Of a stretch of 64,000 nt of DNA, positions 39,207-49,577 are shown piece after piece. The stretch lies in the NCBI GenBank assembly GCA_025061115.1, contig JANZKC010000001.1, forward strand, positions 512,001-576,000, written 5' to 3'. The DNA comes from Candidatus Culexmicrobium cathedralense (GTDB lineage: Archaea > Thermoproteota > Methanomethylicia > Culexarchaeales > Culexmicrobiaceae). The translations under genes and the position numbers were made by a program. The notes beneath the pieces are model-generated. The model saw only the letters and a program-made list of their open reading frames with translations, ran no database searches and had not been told where the DNA came from. The first letter of the stretch is position 1. The number at the start of each line of letters is the position of its first letter.

Positions 39207-41771
39207 CTAACCACTGCACCGGCCATGCAGGCTGTAGAGGGAGTTGAATAGCAGTTTAAATGTGCCGTGAGTTTGAGCTCTAAATTGAGGCCTAAACGCC
39301 ATTAGCACTATCCTCCCATCGCCATACCTAGCTGAAATCATAGCCGGCTTCCTGCCCAAGTACTTCTCTCCAATAAGCCAGCCGCTCTGCATTATGTCCC
39401 TCTCCGGGTAGGATAGCACCACCTCGTAGAGCTCGTTATTGTAGTTCGGCAGTATCTGCAGAACTGGACTGAAGTGAAATAGCACATATGCCTTCCTCGG
39501 CATTCCATATCCCAATGGGTGATTCACATCGACATTAACCTTCAGCATTGAGCCTGGGCAGAAGAACTCCTTAGGCTCAAGATCCAACGACAAGTCCTTA
39601 ATTGGCAGCTTGAAGGCGCTTATCACAAACTCGCAAGACCTATTGAAAGCCACGATCACTCCGCCGCCCTTGACGAATTCCTTCAACTTTTCAACGCCCT
39701 CCTTTCCAAGCCCACTCCTGTACTCTGGAGGAATTGGAGGAAGGACGAATGGTCGCTTAAGCCTTTTAGTGAGCTCCTCCTCAATATTCTCCCCAGTTAT
39801 TAGGCATGGATAGTCGTTCGCGAAAATTAGAAGGTCAACCTTCTCCGAAAGCTTGCCATCAAGTATGTCCTTATCCATGATCACCTTGTAGGGGAAGCCG
39901 TACTGCTCAAGAAGCCACCTAGTCCACCCCTCATCCATGTTGCCGCCATAGTACCTCTGATAGATCCCTATTCTCAGCAGCTTCAACTCCACAAATTCAG
40001 CTTCAAGCTCCTCATCAACGCAAATGAAATCGACGTGAAACCTGTCGCTTGCCTCCTGCAGCTTACTAGCAATTCCATCCTGATTTGGAATGAAGAATGA
40101 GCCTGCTGGAAGCTGAACTCCATTAAAGTTTAGAGGCTCAGTCAGCCTATAAACCTTGAATCCAGAAGCGAGAAGCAAGTTTACCGCTGCATAGCTGTCG
40201 TTGTACCTGCAGCTAAGCAAGTAGCCAACCTTCGACTCAGCAACTTTAAACTTCGGATACTCAACTTCAACTACCTTCTCAAATTCACCGTCAAACCTCT
40301 CATCCACAGCTTCCACCTTAACGCCCATGTAGTCCGGCAGGGTGTACGACGCCACGTCATAGGGCTTAATTGGAGTGCCATCCCTAGCTCTAGTCCACTC
40401 ATTATCAGGGTAAATAGTCCTTTGCAAAATGTACTTGACGAAGGCTCTAGCTGGCTGAGCTAAGAAAATCACGTACGTTCCAGCTGGGAAAACCTTATCT
40501 CCAACCTTAAACTCCCTCTTAGCCCTATGAACCTCAACGTCCAATCTTAAGAAAACTTCAATTAGCTTAAGAGCAGTAAGCGGGTCATGCTGATCCAGCG
40601 GAATTATGAAGGCGTAAGGCGGCTCTCTCAATCCCCTCTCAATATTCCTCATAGCCTTGACGTACATGTTCCTCAAAAGGACCTCCCTAAGCTTAGCCGC
40701 AAGCTCAAGGGCAGCCAAGTTGGAGATCTTCTGCTGCCTAACTATGTCCCTTAACCTCCACCAGCCTCCAGGCCATGGATTTGGAAAGCTCATTTGAGGC
40801 CTATCAGCAGCTCTACCCCTATGGCCAGTCAACTGATGAGGGTGAATGTAAATTGGAGTAGCAATCTTCACGGTGGCAGACTCGGTGAGCATCCCCACGA
40901 TATTGAGGAAGTTAGCCAAGTTCAAGAACGAGGCAGTCCACTCAGCCGTAAACGGCGGGCCGCCCTCAACCCCCTTAACTCCCTCCTCCTCAAGCCTAAC
41001 AGCCATGTAACCTCCAAACATCTGATGCTCTCTCCAGAGAAGGGGATCAATTTCAGGGCTTATGGGGTCATACCATGGAGGAATGTAGAGCCTAGCGCCA
41101 TAGCTCCCCATGTGATGGTTATCTATGTAGGCTTGAGGCTTCCAATCCCTATAAACAACCTTAGCAAACATTTGAGACTCCCTTTGAGTGAGCATGTAAG
41201 CATCCCTATTATTGTCGTGGCCGCAGTACTTGTGATATAGCCAAGGAGGAGGAGAGCCCTCATACTCAGTTCCAAGCCACTTGTTATACCAGTCCACAAC
41301 CATGATTTGGCCGTCCGGGTTGAAGCATGGAAAAAGCAGAACTATCACATTATCTAAAATCTCCTTAACTCGGCCATCATCACTAGTTGCCAGCTCGTAC
41401 GCAAGCTCAACAGCCATTTGAGTGCCGCCAACCTCGGTGGCGTGCAAGCTATTCGTTATAGCTACGACGGCTTTACCCTCCCTAACCAGCCTATCAACCT
41501 CTTCCCTAGACAAGCCCCTTGGATTAGCTAGCCTGCGCGAAATCTCCCTGTACTTTTCAAGGTTAGCCAAGTTGCTTGGGGAGGAAATGTAGGCCAAGAT
41601 GAACGGATTGCCCTCAGTGGTTTTACCTAGCTCCACGACCTTCACTCTATCGGACTTTTCATCCAGCAACTTGAAGTACTCGACTATTTTATCCCACCTA
41701 GCCAGCTTCCTATCCTCACCCATCTCAAAGCCGAAGAACTCTTTAGGAGAAGGAATGCCTTTGAGTGGCAT
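39207..41771 (-). CDS. M14 zinc carboxypeptidase-family protein with C-terminal GATase-like domain; no signal peptide
   Basis: LGKTTEG, HATE (HxxE), NPDG, DNNRD, DNHHMG; C-terminal DEGWTRWLLEQY and FRPQFRAQTHGTFKLLFN. Confidence 0.85.
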   Translation of the reverse strand: MPLKGIPSPKEFFGFEMGEDRKLARWDKIVEYFKLLDEKSDRVKVVELGKTTEGNPFILAYISSPSNLANLEKYREISRRLANPRGLSREEVDRLVREGKAVVAITNSLHATEVGGTQMAVELAYELATSDDGRVKEILDNVIVLLFPCFNPDGQIMVVDWYNKWLGTEYEGSPPPWLYHKYCGHDNNRDAYMLTQRESQMFAKVVYRDWKPQAYIDNHHMGSYGARLYIPPWYDPISPEIDPLLWREHQMFGGYMAVRLEEEGVKGVEGGPPFTAEWTASFLNLANFLNIVGMLTESATVKIATPIYIHPHQLTGHRGRAADRPQMSFPNPWPGGWWRLRDIVRQQKISNLAALELAAKLREVLLRNMYVKAMRNIERGLREPPYAFIIPLDQHDPLTALKLIEVFLRLDVEVHRAKREFKVGDKVFPAGTYVIFLAQPARAFVKYILQRTIYPDNEWTRARDGTPIKPYDVASYTLPDYMGVKVEAVDERFDGEFEKVVEVEYPKFKVAESKVGYLLSCRYNDSYAAVNLLLASGFKVYRLTEPLNFNGVQLPAGSFFIPNQDGIASKLQEASDRFHVDFICVDEELEAEFVELKLLRIGIYQRYYGGNMDEGWTRWLLEQYGFPYKVIMDKDILDGKLSEKVDLLIFANDYPCLITGENIEEELTKRLKRPFVLPPIPPEYRSGLGKEGVEKLKEFVKGGGVIVAFNRSCEFVISAFKLPIKDLSLDLEPKEFFCPGSMLKVNVDVNHPLGYGMPRKAYVLFHFSPVLQILPNYNNELYEVVLSYPERDIMQSGWLIGEKYLGRKPAMISARYGDGRIVLMAFRPQFRAQTHGTFKLLFNSLYSLHGRCSG

Positions 41772-41879
41772 AGAAACACCGGAAAAGATTATTGAACAAC
41801 ATGCTGATTTAACGTTTTCGCGCTGGAAACCGTAATTATGAAGTTAGAATACTTCATTAACTGGTAAACGTAATTTCAT

Positions 41880-43265
41880 GTGAGGAGACCAGGCGTGGAG
41901 GAACTTGAAGGGTACAGGGGGAAGTCGCTGAAAGCAATATTGGAGGCAGGAGCAAGCATTGGAGATAGAATTCGCATTACAAGCGGAGGATTAACCTACG
42001 AAGGAATACTCATGCCCAGAGCTGGAGTATGCGACGACAAGCACATAGTCATAAAGCTGGACAACGGGTACAACATAGGCGTCCGAGTAACACCTGAAAT
42101 GAAAATCCAAGTAATTGAAAAGGCAGAGAGGCGGGAAGCTAAAATGGAAGCGGCCGAGGGGAAATCCATCCGCAAGGGGGATCTGCCCTCAGTATCAATA
42201 ATAAGCACTGGAGGAACAATAGCAAGCAGAGTTGACTACAAAACCGGAGCAGTCTACCCAGCACTGACAGCTGAAGACCTCTACAGCGCAGTTCCTGAGC
42301 TCGGAGAAGTAGCAAACATACGCGCCCAAGTCCTCTTCAGCATCTTCAGCGAAAACATGACTTGCGAGCACTGGACCAAAATAGCGGAAACAGTGGCAAA
42401 GCACATTGAGGAAGGCTTCGACGGCATAGTTATAGCCCACGGAACCGACACGATGGGATACACCGCTGCAGCCTTGAGCTTCGCCCTACAAAAACTGCCA
42501 GTCCCAGTAATCCTAGTGGGGTCCCAGCGCTCGTCGGACAGGCCATCGTCAGATGCAGCCATCAACCTAACATGCGCAGTAATAGCCGCCGGCAAAGCTC
42601 CATTCGCAGAAGTCTCAGTTGTAATGCATGGAAGCTCCAGCGACAAATTCTGCCTAGCCCACAGAGGAACGAAAGTTAGAAAGTGCCACACAAGCAGGAG
42701 AGATGCATTCCAATCAATCAACGACAAGCCAATAGCCATGATCAAGCCATCAGGGGAAATCACAATGCTAACCGAAAACTACAATCCAAGGCGTGAAGAC
42801 AACGCAGTGGAAGTCAAAGCCAAGTTCGACCCAAAAGTAGCCCTAGTAAAAGCATATCCGGGAATGGCTGGAGAAATAATAGACTTCCTAGTCGACAAGA
42901 AGTACCACGGCATAGTAATTGAAGGCACAGGGCTAGGCCACGCACCCTACAGCGCCTTTCCAGCAATTAAAAGAGCAATCGAAAATGGAGTGGCAGTAGT
43001 AATGACTTCACAGTGCATTTGGGGAAGAATAAACATGAACGTCTACAGGACTGGAGTTGAGCTACTTAACATGGGAGTAATTCCAGGGGAAGACATGCTG
43101 CCCGAAACCGCCCTAGTCAAGCTGATGTGGACGCTTGCACAAACAAGAGAGCTCAGCGAAGTTAGAAGAATCATGCTCACAAACATTGCTGGCGAAATAA
43201 ATCCAAGAACAACCCACCTCCAATTCATAGCAAATCCATATGAAAATGCAGGGTGGTCAAAGTGA
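41880..43265 (+). CDS. gatD: Glu-tRNA(Gln) amidotransferase subunit D
   Basis: KLDNGYNIG, TGGTIASRVDY, HGTDTM, SQRSSDRPSSD, KCHTSRRDAF and GTGLGH. Confidence 0.96.
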   Translation: MRRPGVEELEGYRGKSLKAILEAGASIGDRIRITSGGLTYEGILMPRAGVCDDKHIVIKLDNGYNIGVRVTPEMKIQVIEKAERREAKMEAAEGKSIRKGDLPSVSIISTGGTIASRVDYKTGAVYPALTAEDLYSAVPELGEVANIRAQVLFSIFSENMTCEHWTKIAETVAKHIEEGFDGIVIAHGTDTMGYTAAALSFALQKLPVPVILVGSQRSSDRPSSDAAINLTCAVIAAGKAPFAEVSVVMHGSSSDKFCLAHRGTKVRKCHTSRRDAFQSINDKPIAMIKPSGEITMLTENYNPRREDNAVEVKAKFDPKVALVKAYPGMAGEIIDFLVDKKYHGIVIEGTGLGHAPYSAFPAIKRAIENGVAVVMTSQCIWGRINMNVYRTGVELLNMGVIPGEDMLPETALVKLMWTLAQTRELSEVRRIMLTNIAGEINPRTTHLQFIANPYENAGWSK

Positions 43266-45187
43266 AGAAGCGGGAAGCACCGCTAAACTACGAAGAACTG
43301 GGACTAAAAGTGGGACTGGAAATACACCAGCAATTAGACACGAAGCACAAGCTCTTCTGCAACTGCCCCACCATACTAAGGGAAGACGAGCCCGACGTAA
43401 TTATAGTTAGGAGGCTAAGGCCAACCCAAAGCGAGCTGGGAGAAGTAGATCCAGCAGCCCTATTCGAATTCAAAAGAGGAAGAATGTACGTTTACGAATC
43501 ATATGAAGACACCATATGCTTGGTGGAGCACGACGAAGAGCCCCCGCACGACCTAAATCCAGAAGCTCTTGAAATAGCTCTCGAAATAGCCCTCATGCTA
43601 AATGCAAAGCCAGTAGACGAAGTCCACGTAATGAGGAAAATAGTCATCGACGGGTCAAACACAACTGGATTCCAGCGAACAGCCATAATTGCAATGGAAG
43701 GATACGTCGAGGACGTCGACGGCAGAATAGGAATAAAAACTATATGTCTCGAAGAGGAAGCTGCAAGAAAAATTAGGGAGGAAGGCAACAAGGTATACTA
43801 TAGGCTGGACAGGCTTGGAATACCCCTAATAGAAATAGCAACAGCTCCAGAAATAAGAAGCCCAGAGCAAGCGAGAAGAGTAGCCCTGAAAATAGGGCAG
43901 CTAATGAGAGCCACAGGGAGAGTTAAGAGGGGTCTAGGAACAATAAGGCAAGACCTAAACGTGTCAATAAGAGGAGGAGCAAGAATCGAAATCAAGGGAG
44001 TTCAAGACCTAAACCTAATACCAAAAATAATCGAACTCGAAGTCGAAAGGCAACTAAACCTAATAAAAATTAGAGATGAACTGGCTGCCAGAGGCCTTAA
44101 GGAGGAAGACCTGAAGTACGAGTTCCACGAAGTCACCCACATATTCAAGGAAACGAAGTCAAAGCTAATTAGAAAAATGCTAAGCAGAGGAGCAGTAGTA
44201 TTAGCAGTTAAGCTCCCCAAATTCGCAGGGCTGCTCGGAACCGAAATTCAGCCCAACAGAAGACTTGCAACCGAAATGGCTGATAGAGCCAAGTTCTGGG
44301 GAGGCGTGGGAGGAATAATTCATACAGACGAGCTGCCGAAGTACGGAATCACCATCAAAGAAGTTGAAGAATTGAAAAAGGCCGTATCAGCCTCAAACGA
44401 AGATGCAGTAGTAATAGTAGTGGACGAAAGAGGGAAATGCGAAGAAGCACTAAAAGCAGTAGTTGACAGAGCCAGAGAAGCCCTCAAAGGAGTTCCAGAA
44501 GAAACCAGAGCTGCAAATCCAGATGGAACCACAAGGTACAGCAGGCCCATGCCCGGAGCAGCGAGAATGTACCCGGAAACCGACGTAAGGCCAATACCAA
44601 TAACCAGGGAGCTAATAGAAGCACTAAGAAAGAAGCTTCCGGAGCCCATCGAAGTTAAAGTAGCCAAGCTCGTAAAGAAATATGGGATAAGCAGAAAGCT
44701 TGCTGAAGAGCTGGCCGACTCATCAAACATAGAGCTATTCGAAAAAATAGTTAAGGAAACCAATGCACCGCCAAAGCTCGTGGCATCAGCGCTCGAGTAC
44801 ACGTTGAAAACCCTGAAGCACGAGCACGTGCCAATAGAGAACATTACAGACACCCACTTAACCCAAGTATTCAGCCTCATAGCAGAAGGAAGGCTAGCAA
44901 AGGAAGCACTGCCCGAAGTATTGAGGTGGATAGCCGAAAACCCAACGAGAAGCGCTGAAGAAGCAATTAAAGAGCTGGGAGTAGAGCTAATACCACTGGA
45001 AAAGCTCGAAAAAATCATTGAAGAAAAAATCTCAGAAAACTACCAGCTAATCAGGGAAAGAGGCCTAAAAGCCATGTCCCCAATAATGGGCGAAGTCATG
45101 CGGGAAGTCAGAGGGAAAGCGGATGGAAAAGTCGTAAGCCAAATTGTAAGGCGAAAAATCCTGGAAATCATGGGAAAGCTAGCCTGA
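43253..45187 (+). CDS. gatE: Glu-tRNA(Gln) amidotransferase subunit E
   Basis: GLKVGLEIHQQL, IDGSNTTGFQRT, RGLGTIRQDLNVSI and PGAARMYPETD. Confidence 0.97.
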   Translation: MVKVKKREAPLNYEELGLKVGLEIHQQLDTKHKLFCNCPTILREDEPDVIIVRRLRPTQSELGEVDPAALFEFKRGRMYVYESYEDTICLVEHDEEPPHDLNPEALEIALEIALMLNAKPVDEVHVMRKIVIDGSNTTGFQRTAIIAMEGYVEDVDGRIGIKTICLEEEAARKIREEGNKVYYRLDRLGIPLIEIATAPEIRSPEQARRVALKIGQLMRATGRVKRGLGTIRQDLNVSIRGGARIEIKGVQDLNLIPKIIELEVERQLNLIKIRDELAARGLKEEDLKYEFHEVTHIFKETKSKLIRKMLSRGAVVLAVKLPKFAGLLGTEIQPNRRLATEMADRAKFWGGVGGIIHTDELPKYGITIKEVEELKKAVSASNEDAVVIVVDERGKCEEALKAVVDRAREALKGVPEETRAANPDGTTRYSRPMPGAARMYPETDVRPIPITRELIEALRKKLPEPIEVKVAKLVKKYGISRKLAEELADSSNIELFEKIVKETNAPPKLVASALEYTLKTLKHEHVPIENITDTHLTQVFSLIAEGRLAKEALPEVLRWIAENPTRSAEEAIKELGVELIPLEKLEKIIEEKISENYQLIRERGLKAMSPIMGEVMREVRGKADGKVVSQIVRRKILEIMGKLA

Positions 45188-46264
45188 AAGCTCCTTAAGC
45201 TTATCCGGCAAGTACTTCCTCACAATGTAGGATAGGCCATAGCGGCTGAAGCTCTGCTGCTCAGCCTTCCTCCTAATCTTAATGAACTCATTGATCTCCC
45301 TCATCCAAAACGGATCCTGATACCTCGGATCCCTCTGCAGAAGCATAAGCCTATTCAAGTCCTCAGATGTCATGGGCTCAGTAGGCAGCTTATACCTAGT
45401 TATATCAGTAGCCCAAACTCCAAGCCACTTAGCATCAGGAGTCGTAAGCTCAGTTAAGTGAGCTGCATTAGCAGACCCGGAGATAATGACCATCGCAATG
45501 TGCATCCCCCAAACATCAGCGTCAGTTAAAATGTACACTGGAAGTCCAAGCTCAACGTTCAACCTCCTCAAAAAGCGCCTAGTAGCCCTCGGAGCCTGCC
45601 CAGCAGTATGAACGAGAACAGCGTTAAAGGTCTTGTGAACCTTCTCGGCAATAAACCTTGTGAATAGGCCGCCAGTCTCAATTGCAATAACCTTGTCAGC
45701 ATTGCACTCAACAAACTCTGCAGAAAGAAGCGAAGGCCCGATCATCATGCCGTCAGGGTGGGAAGCCAAGTTAACCCGCTTCCCATAGTAGTCCGGGTCG
45801 GGAGTAGTATACTCGATAGTCAAGTCCCCGAAAACGGCGCTCCTCTCCTCGGGAAAGATCATGAAGTCCTCCCTAGGAACGCCCAAAATGGTTTCCAGGT
45901 CAGCGACGATCTCATTGGACTCCTGCTGGCTCTTGAAATTTATTCCGAAAGCCTCAGAATTGTAGTACAAGTCCCTAAGGGTTGTTGGCTGATTAGCCAA
46001 CATCGACTTGTAGGCGAAAAATGCAACCCAAATCAGCTGAGTCAAAGACTTGATTTGCCGGATGTTGGCTGCACTCCTAGTGATAACTTGGTCGCCGAGA
46101 ACGAACTGCCGCAATCTAGGGTCGTAAATTATGTTGCTCGTAGTCCTACTTCGAATTCTAACCCTAGGAAACTCTCCTCTCTCAAGCTGCTCGTAAATGC
46201 TAACGCCAAACTCCCTCAGCCTAGCTAAAATGTGCCTCTTATGCTCCATGGCCCTGCTACTCAC
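45179..46264 (-). CDS. top6A: DNA topoisomerase VI subunit A
   Basis: Catalytic TLRDLYY, Q.ES..I..DLE, AIETGG, GQAPRATR, TDADVWG and KAEQQ. Start is GTG 46264 or ATG 46249. Confidence 0.94.
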   Translation of the reverse strand: MSSRAMEHKRHILARLREFGVSIYEQLERGEFPRVRIRSRTTSNIIYDPRLRQFVLGDQVITRSAANIRQIKSLTQLIWVAFFAYKSMLANQPTTLRDLYYNSEAFGINFKSQQESNEIVADLETILGVPREDFMIFPEERSAVFGDLTIEYTTPDPDYYGKRVNLASHPDGMMIGPSLLSAEFVECNADKVIAIETGGLFTRFIAEKVHKTFNAVLVHTAGQAPRATRRFLRRLNVELGLPVYILTDADVWGMHIAMVIISGSANAAHLTELTTPDAKWLGVWATDITRYKLPTEPMTSEDLNRLMLLQRDPRYQDPFWMREINEFIKIRRKAEQQSFSRYGLSYIVRKYLPDKLKELSG

Positions 46265-47770
46265 GCCTACGCCACCCCCTAAGCAGCCGAGAAACATCTG
46301 GAGGCTGAGGCCTACCTGCAAGCTCAGCTGCAAATTCAGCAATCTTAGGTAGATAGCGCTCTAAAATGTTAATCTTCCTCCTAATCGCAGCCTTCCTCTC
46401 CTTCCTAGCCAAGTAAGCCCTAAGCTTCCTGGCGCAGGCCTTCAAAGCCCACTCAATTTCATAGGCTATTTCAGGCCTATCAGCAATAAACTCCTTTCCA
46501 ACAGTCTTGTAGGGCACCTTAGTCGACACTATGTGGACGAAGAAGGCTATCGGCATGCTCAAGTCTATCTTATACCTAGCCCACTTAATCGACTTGATGA
46601 CCTTCATCGCAACGTCGCTGTGCGCATCGTAGAGCAACGGTATCTTATTAGCATACCTGTACAAGTTTATCTCGCCAGGCTTTGGAGGAGATATGCTGGC
46701 GCCATAAGCTATCGCAGCCTCAACAATGAATGGGTGGCCAGCGTAAGCTGAAGGCTTCCGCTGAACCGCGACAACGAATTCTGGGTTAAGCTCCTTCATT
46801 ATACCCTTCTCTAGAAGCTTAGGCCCAATCGGAGATAGGCAAGAAGCATCTGGTGGCAGAAAGTCGTTGAACTTACGCATGGCACTAACGATGCGGACAA
46901 TCTCATCCGACTTCAAGCTTCTAGGATCCCTATCCGGATTAATTTTCGCAAACTTCAAGAACTTGATTGCAGTTCTCCTTCCAACCCTGTGAAAGCTATT
47001 CGCAATGAATTCAACGAGATTCTTAGCGCGAGTCCGCCTGATCAGCCGCTTCAAAAGCTCAACGTCAACTCCATGAGGGTGAGGGCGAACCTCCTGAGGA
47101 GGCTTAGGCATCTCAGTCGTAACCCTCTGAAACTTGTAAAGAATGCCGTCGGGATCTATGAAGCTTATGTTAGCGTATGGCAATATTATGGCGGTCTGCC
47201 TAAAGTACTCCAAAATTCTTGGCTTAGCCCTAGAGTAGTCGCCCTCAAACGTAAATTCAATCACGGTTCCATGCCAGTAGGTGGGATTAGGCAAAGCCTT
47301 GATTCCGCCTCTACGAAGTATGGGCTTATTATGCTGAATGTCTATCATGAGCTCGCAGAAGTACTTGGTTGGCCCGCCGGTGCTCGTCAAAATCCTAACT
47401 GGACTGTGAGTTGTGATCTGCCCATAAAGTATGGCCATCTTGCCTCCTAACCCGAAAGTCCCTCTAGTCTGCCTCAAAATGTACTTCGACCCGAAGAGAA
47501 CCCTTCCAAAGGCAGATGCAATGTACTCCTTTGGAACTCCGCAGCCATTATCCTCAACTCTAATTCGGTAGACGTTGCCCCTGCCCTCCGACATCAACCT
47601 CACGTAAATGTCGGGCAGAATTCCATGAGTTTCACAGGCGTCCAATGCATTCTCAACTAGCTCTCGAACAATGGTGTATGTAGCTCTAACTGGATTGTCG
47701 AAGCCCGCTATGTCCCTATTCCTGTAAAAAAATCCGCTGGACTAATTGCTTTATACACTTCTTGAGTCAA
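46257..47770 (-). CDS. top6B: DNA topoisomerase VI subunit B, with an apparent -1 frameshift at the T7 run 47726-47732
   Basis: TTG 47770 gives MTQEVYKAISPADFF. The -1 frame continues YRNRDIAGFDNP...VRELVENALDACE, followed by GHKL motifs VEDNGCG, GSKY and QTRGTFGLG, and RYANKIPL. Confidence 0.9.
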
Positions 47771-47818
47771 ACTTAACACCGCTCACATATAAGATGATAA
47801 AGCTATTTAACTTCACGC

Positions 47819-48400
47819 TCAGTACTTCCTCCAGAGAAGAAACTCCTTCCGCTTCAACCTCCTCCTCTCCCTGTGAAGATAGCTGTAAACAGTCCTATGC
47901 TGCGCTCCACTAGCAAGCATCTCAACGGCACGTCTTGCAATCCTCACCCCATCATAGTCCCCCACGATGGCAACGGTGCTCCCATAAACGGAAATGTACG
48001 TGCCAGTATGCTCCTCAATTATCTTCCTAGTCTTCCCCTTCTCACCAATAATTCTACCCTTAATTCTGGTTAGAGCATTTTTCGAGCTGCCGACGAACTG
48101 AGTTAAATCAATGATATCCAATATCTGATCCTCATCCAGAAGCCTAAACGCCCTCTCAGGGCTGAAGCCATGAGCAATAGCTAAAATCACGTTTTTCGCC
48201 TTCAAGAGGTCCTCATACGTAGCCTTGGAGGGGTCGAGCTCAAGCATGACCGAGCCCGAGGAAGTATCAACATAAACCTCAATTCCAGTTTTATCCTCAA
48301 CTTCCCTCCTAACAGCTCCGCCATTACCAATAATAACGCCAATCCTATCCAAAGGCACGTTAACGTAATCCCTAACTATTGGGGCTCCCCCTTCACCCAA
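47819..48400 (-). CDS. KH-domain rRNA-processing protein (Dim2/Pno1)
   Basis: RIGVIIG..G, AI.HGFSPE.A, RIKGRIIGEKGKTR and GAQHRTVY. Confidence 0.92.
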   Translation of the reverse strand: MGEGGAPIVRDYVNVPLDRIGVIIGNGGAVRREVEDKTGIEVYVDTSSGSVMLELDPSKATYEDLLKAKNVILAIAHGFSPERAFRLLDEDQILDIIDLTQFVGSSKNALTRIKGRIIGEKGKTRKIIEEHTGTYISVYGSTVAIVGDYDGVRIARRAVEMLASGAQHRTVYSYLHRERRRLKRKEFLLWRKY

Positions 48401-49170
48401 CGCAAAGCCTCCTCCAAGCTTGGAACATCCAAACCAACTTTAATGAAGAAATTCAATAAGTTTTCCAGATCCCTAACTAAAAACTCCTCCGCCATGGGGT
48501 GGTCGAGCAGCACTCCCTGCCCAATATCAATGAACACGGGCCTATCATTCCACACCATTATGTTGTACTCGCTCAAGTCGGCGTGAACGAGCTTCGCCTT
48601 AACGTAGAGGAGCCTAACGAACTCGAAAACCTCACTGAAGAAGGACTTCAAATCAGCAGGCAGGTAGTCCTTCAGGAGGGGGGCTGGAGCCCCATTCTCA
48701 CCAATAAACTCCATAACCAAAATATTCTTATTAACCGCATAGGGCTTGGGAACCCTAACTCCAGCCTCATAAGCTCTCTTCAAGTTCCTAAACTCCTTCC
48801 TAGCCCAGGCATAAATTAAGGAGCGAGTATCTCTCCTAACTCCCACGAACCTGGGGTCACCCTCAATGTAGAGCGACATACTCCTCCTAAACTCGGCAGT
48901 TGAAGTCAAGTAGATCTTAACTGCAACGTCCTCGCCATCAGCATTTTTAGCCCAGTAAACCCTAGCCTCCTTACCTGCATTGACAACCCCATACATGACG
49001 TCTATGAAGCCCCTATTGATGAGATCATACAAGCCCATCAGGGTGGACCTGTCGAAAACCTCCTCAACAGTCTCATAGAGATCCTTATCTTTAATCCGCT
49101 TAAGCCTCCTCCTCTCTATTCGCTCAAAAACGATGCGCTCAGTCTCTTTATTCTCCTCACTATTAGCCAT
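48376..49170 (-). CDS. rio1: RIO1 serine/threonine kinase
   Basis: EVFD..T, GKEA.VY, AVKIY, YIEGDPRF, WARKEFRNL, HADLSEYNI and IDIGQ. Confidence 0.94.
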   Translation of the reverse strand: MANSEENKETERIVFERIERRRLKRIKDKDLYETVEEVFDRSTLMGLYDLINRGFIDVMYGVVNAGKEARVYWAKNADGEDVAVKIYLTSTAEFRRSMSLYIEGDPRFVGVRRDTRSLIYAWARKEFRNLKRAYEAGVRVPKPYAVNKNILVMEFIGENGAPAPLLKDYLPADLKSFFSEVFEFVRLLYVKAKLVHADLSEYNIMVWNDRPVFIDIGQGVLLDHPMAEEFLVRDLENLLNFFIKVGLDVPSLEEALRWVKGEPQ

Positions 49171-49191
49171 AACTTAGCTCTCCAAGCTCCC

Positions 49192-49530
49192 TCAATACTC
49201 AATCTCCAACTCCTCAGGCATGTGGCCGGCCTCCCTAAGCCTATAAACTTCATCCCTAGTATAACGCCACACTATATCCCCTCTAGACTCGAACTGGAAG
49301 TCCCATGGAACAACGAGAACTATGTCCCCCTCCCTCATCCACATCCTCTTCCTATACCTGCCTGGAATCCTACATACTCTAACGTAGCCATCTGCGCACT
49401 TGACCTTAGCTCTATCAAACCCTAAAAGCTGAATTATCACTCCTACAATTTCACCCTCAGCTGGAATTCTAAGCTCAGCCTTCTCCTCATACCGCCCCTT
49501 CTTCCTTCTGCGCCCCAAAATATTCACCAT
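49192..49530 (-). CDS. eif1a: Translation initiation factor aIF-1A
   Basis: V.C.DG..R.CRIPGR..KRMW.REGD.VLV.PWDFQ and GDIVWRY. Confidence 0.95.
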   Translation of the reverse strand: MVNILGRRRKKGRYEEKAELRIPAEGEIVGVIIQLLGFDRAKVKCADGYVRVCRIPGRYRKRMWMREGDIVLVVPWDFQFESRGDIVWRYTRDEVYRLREAGHMPEELEIEY

Positions 49531-49577
49531 CCACCACTAGCAATAAAGCAGCCAATTATTTAAGCTAATCTAAGCTG

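Noticed and set aside
47700-47770. A second BHB intron explaining the top6B break
   Set aside because: The protein is collinear with the family on both sides and one base is missing rather than extra; there is no hairpin or BHB.
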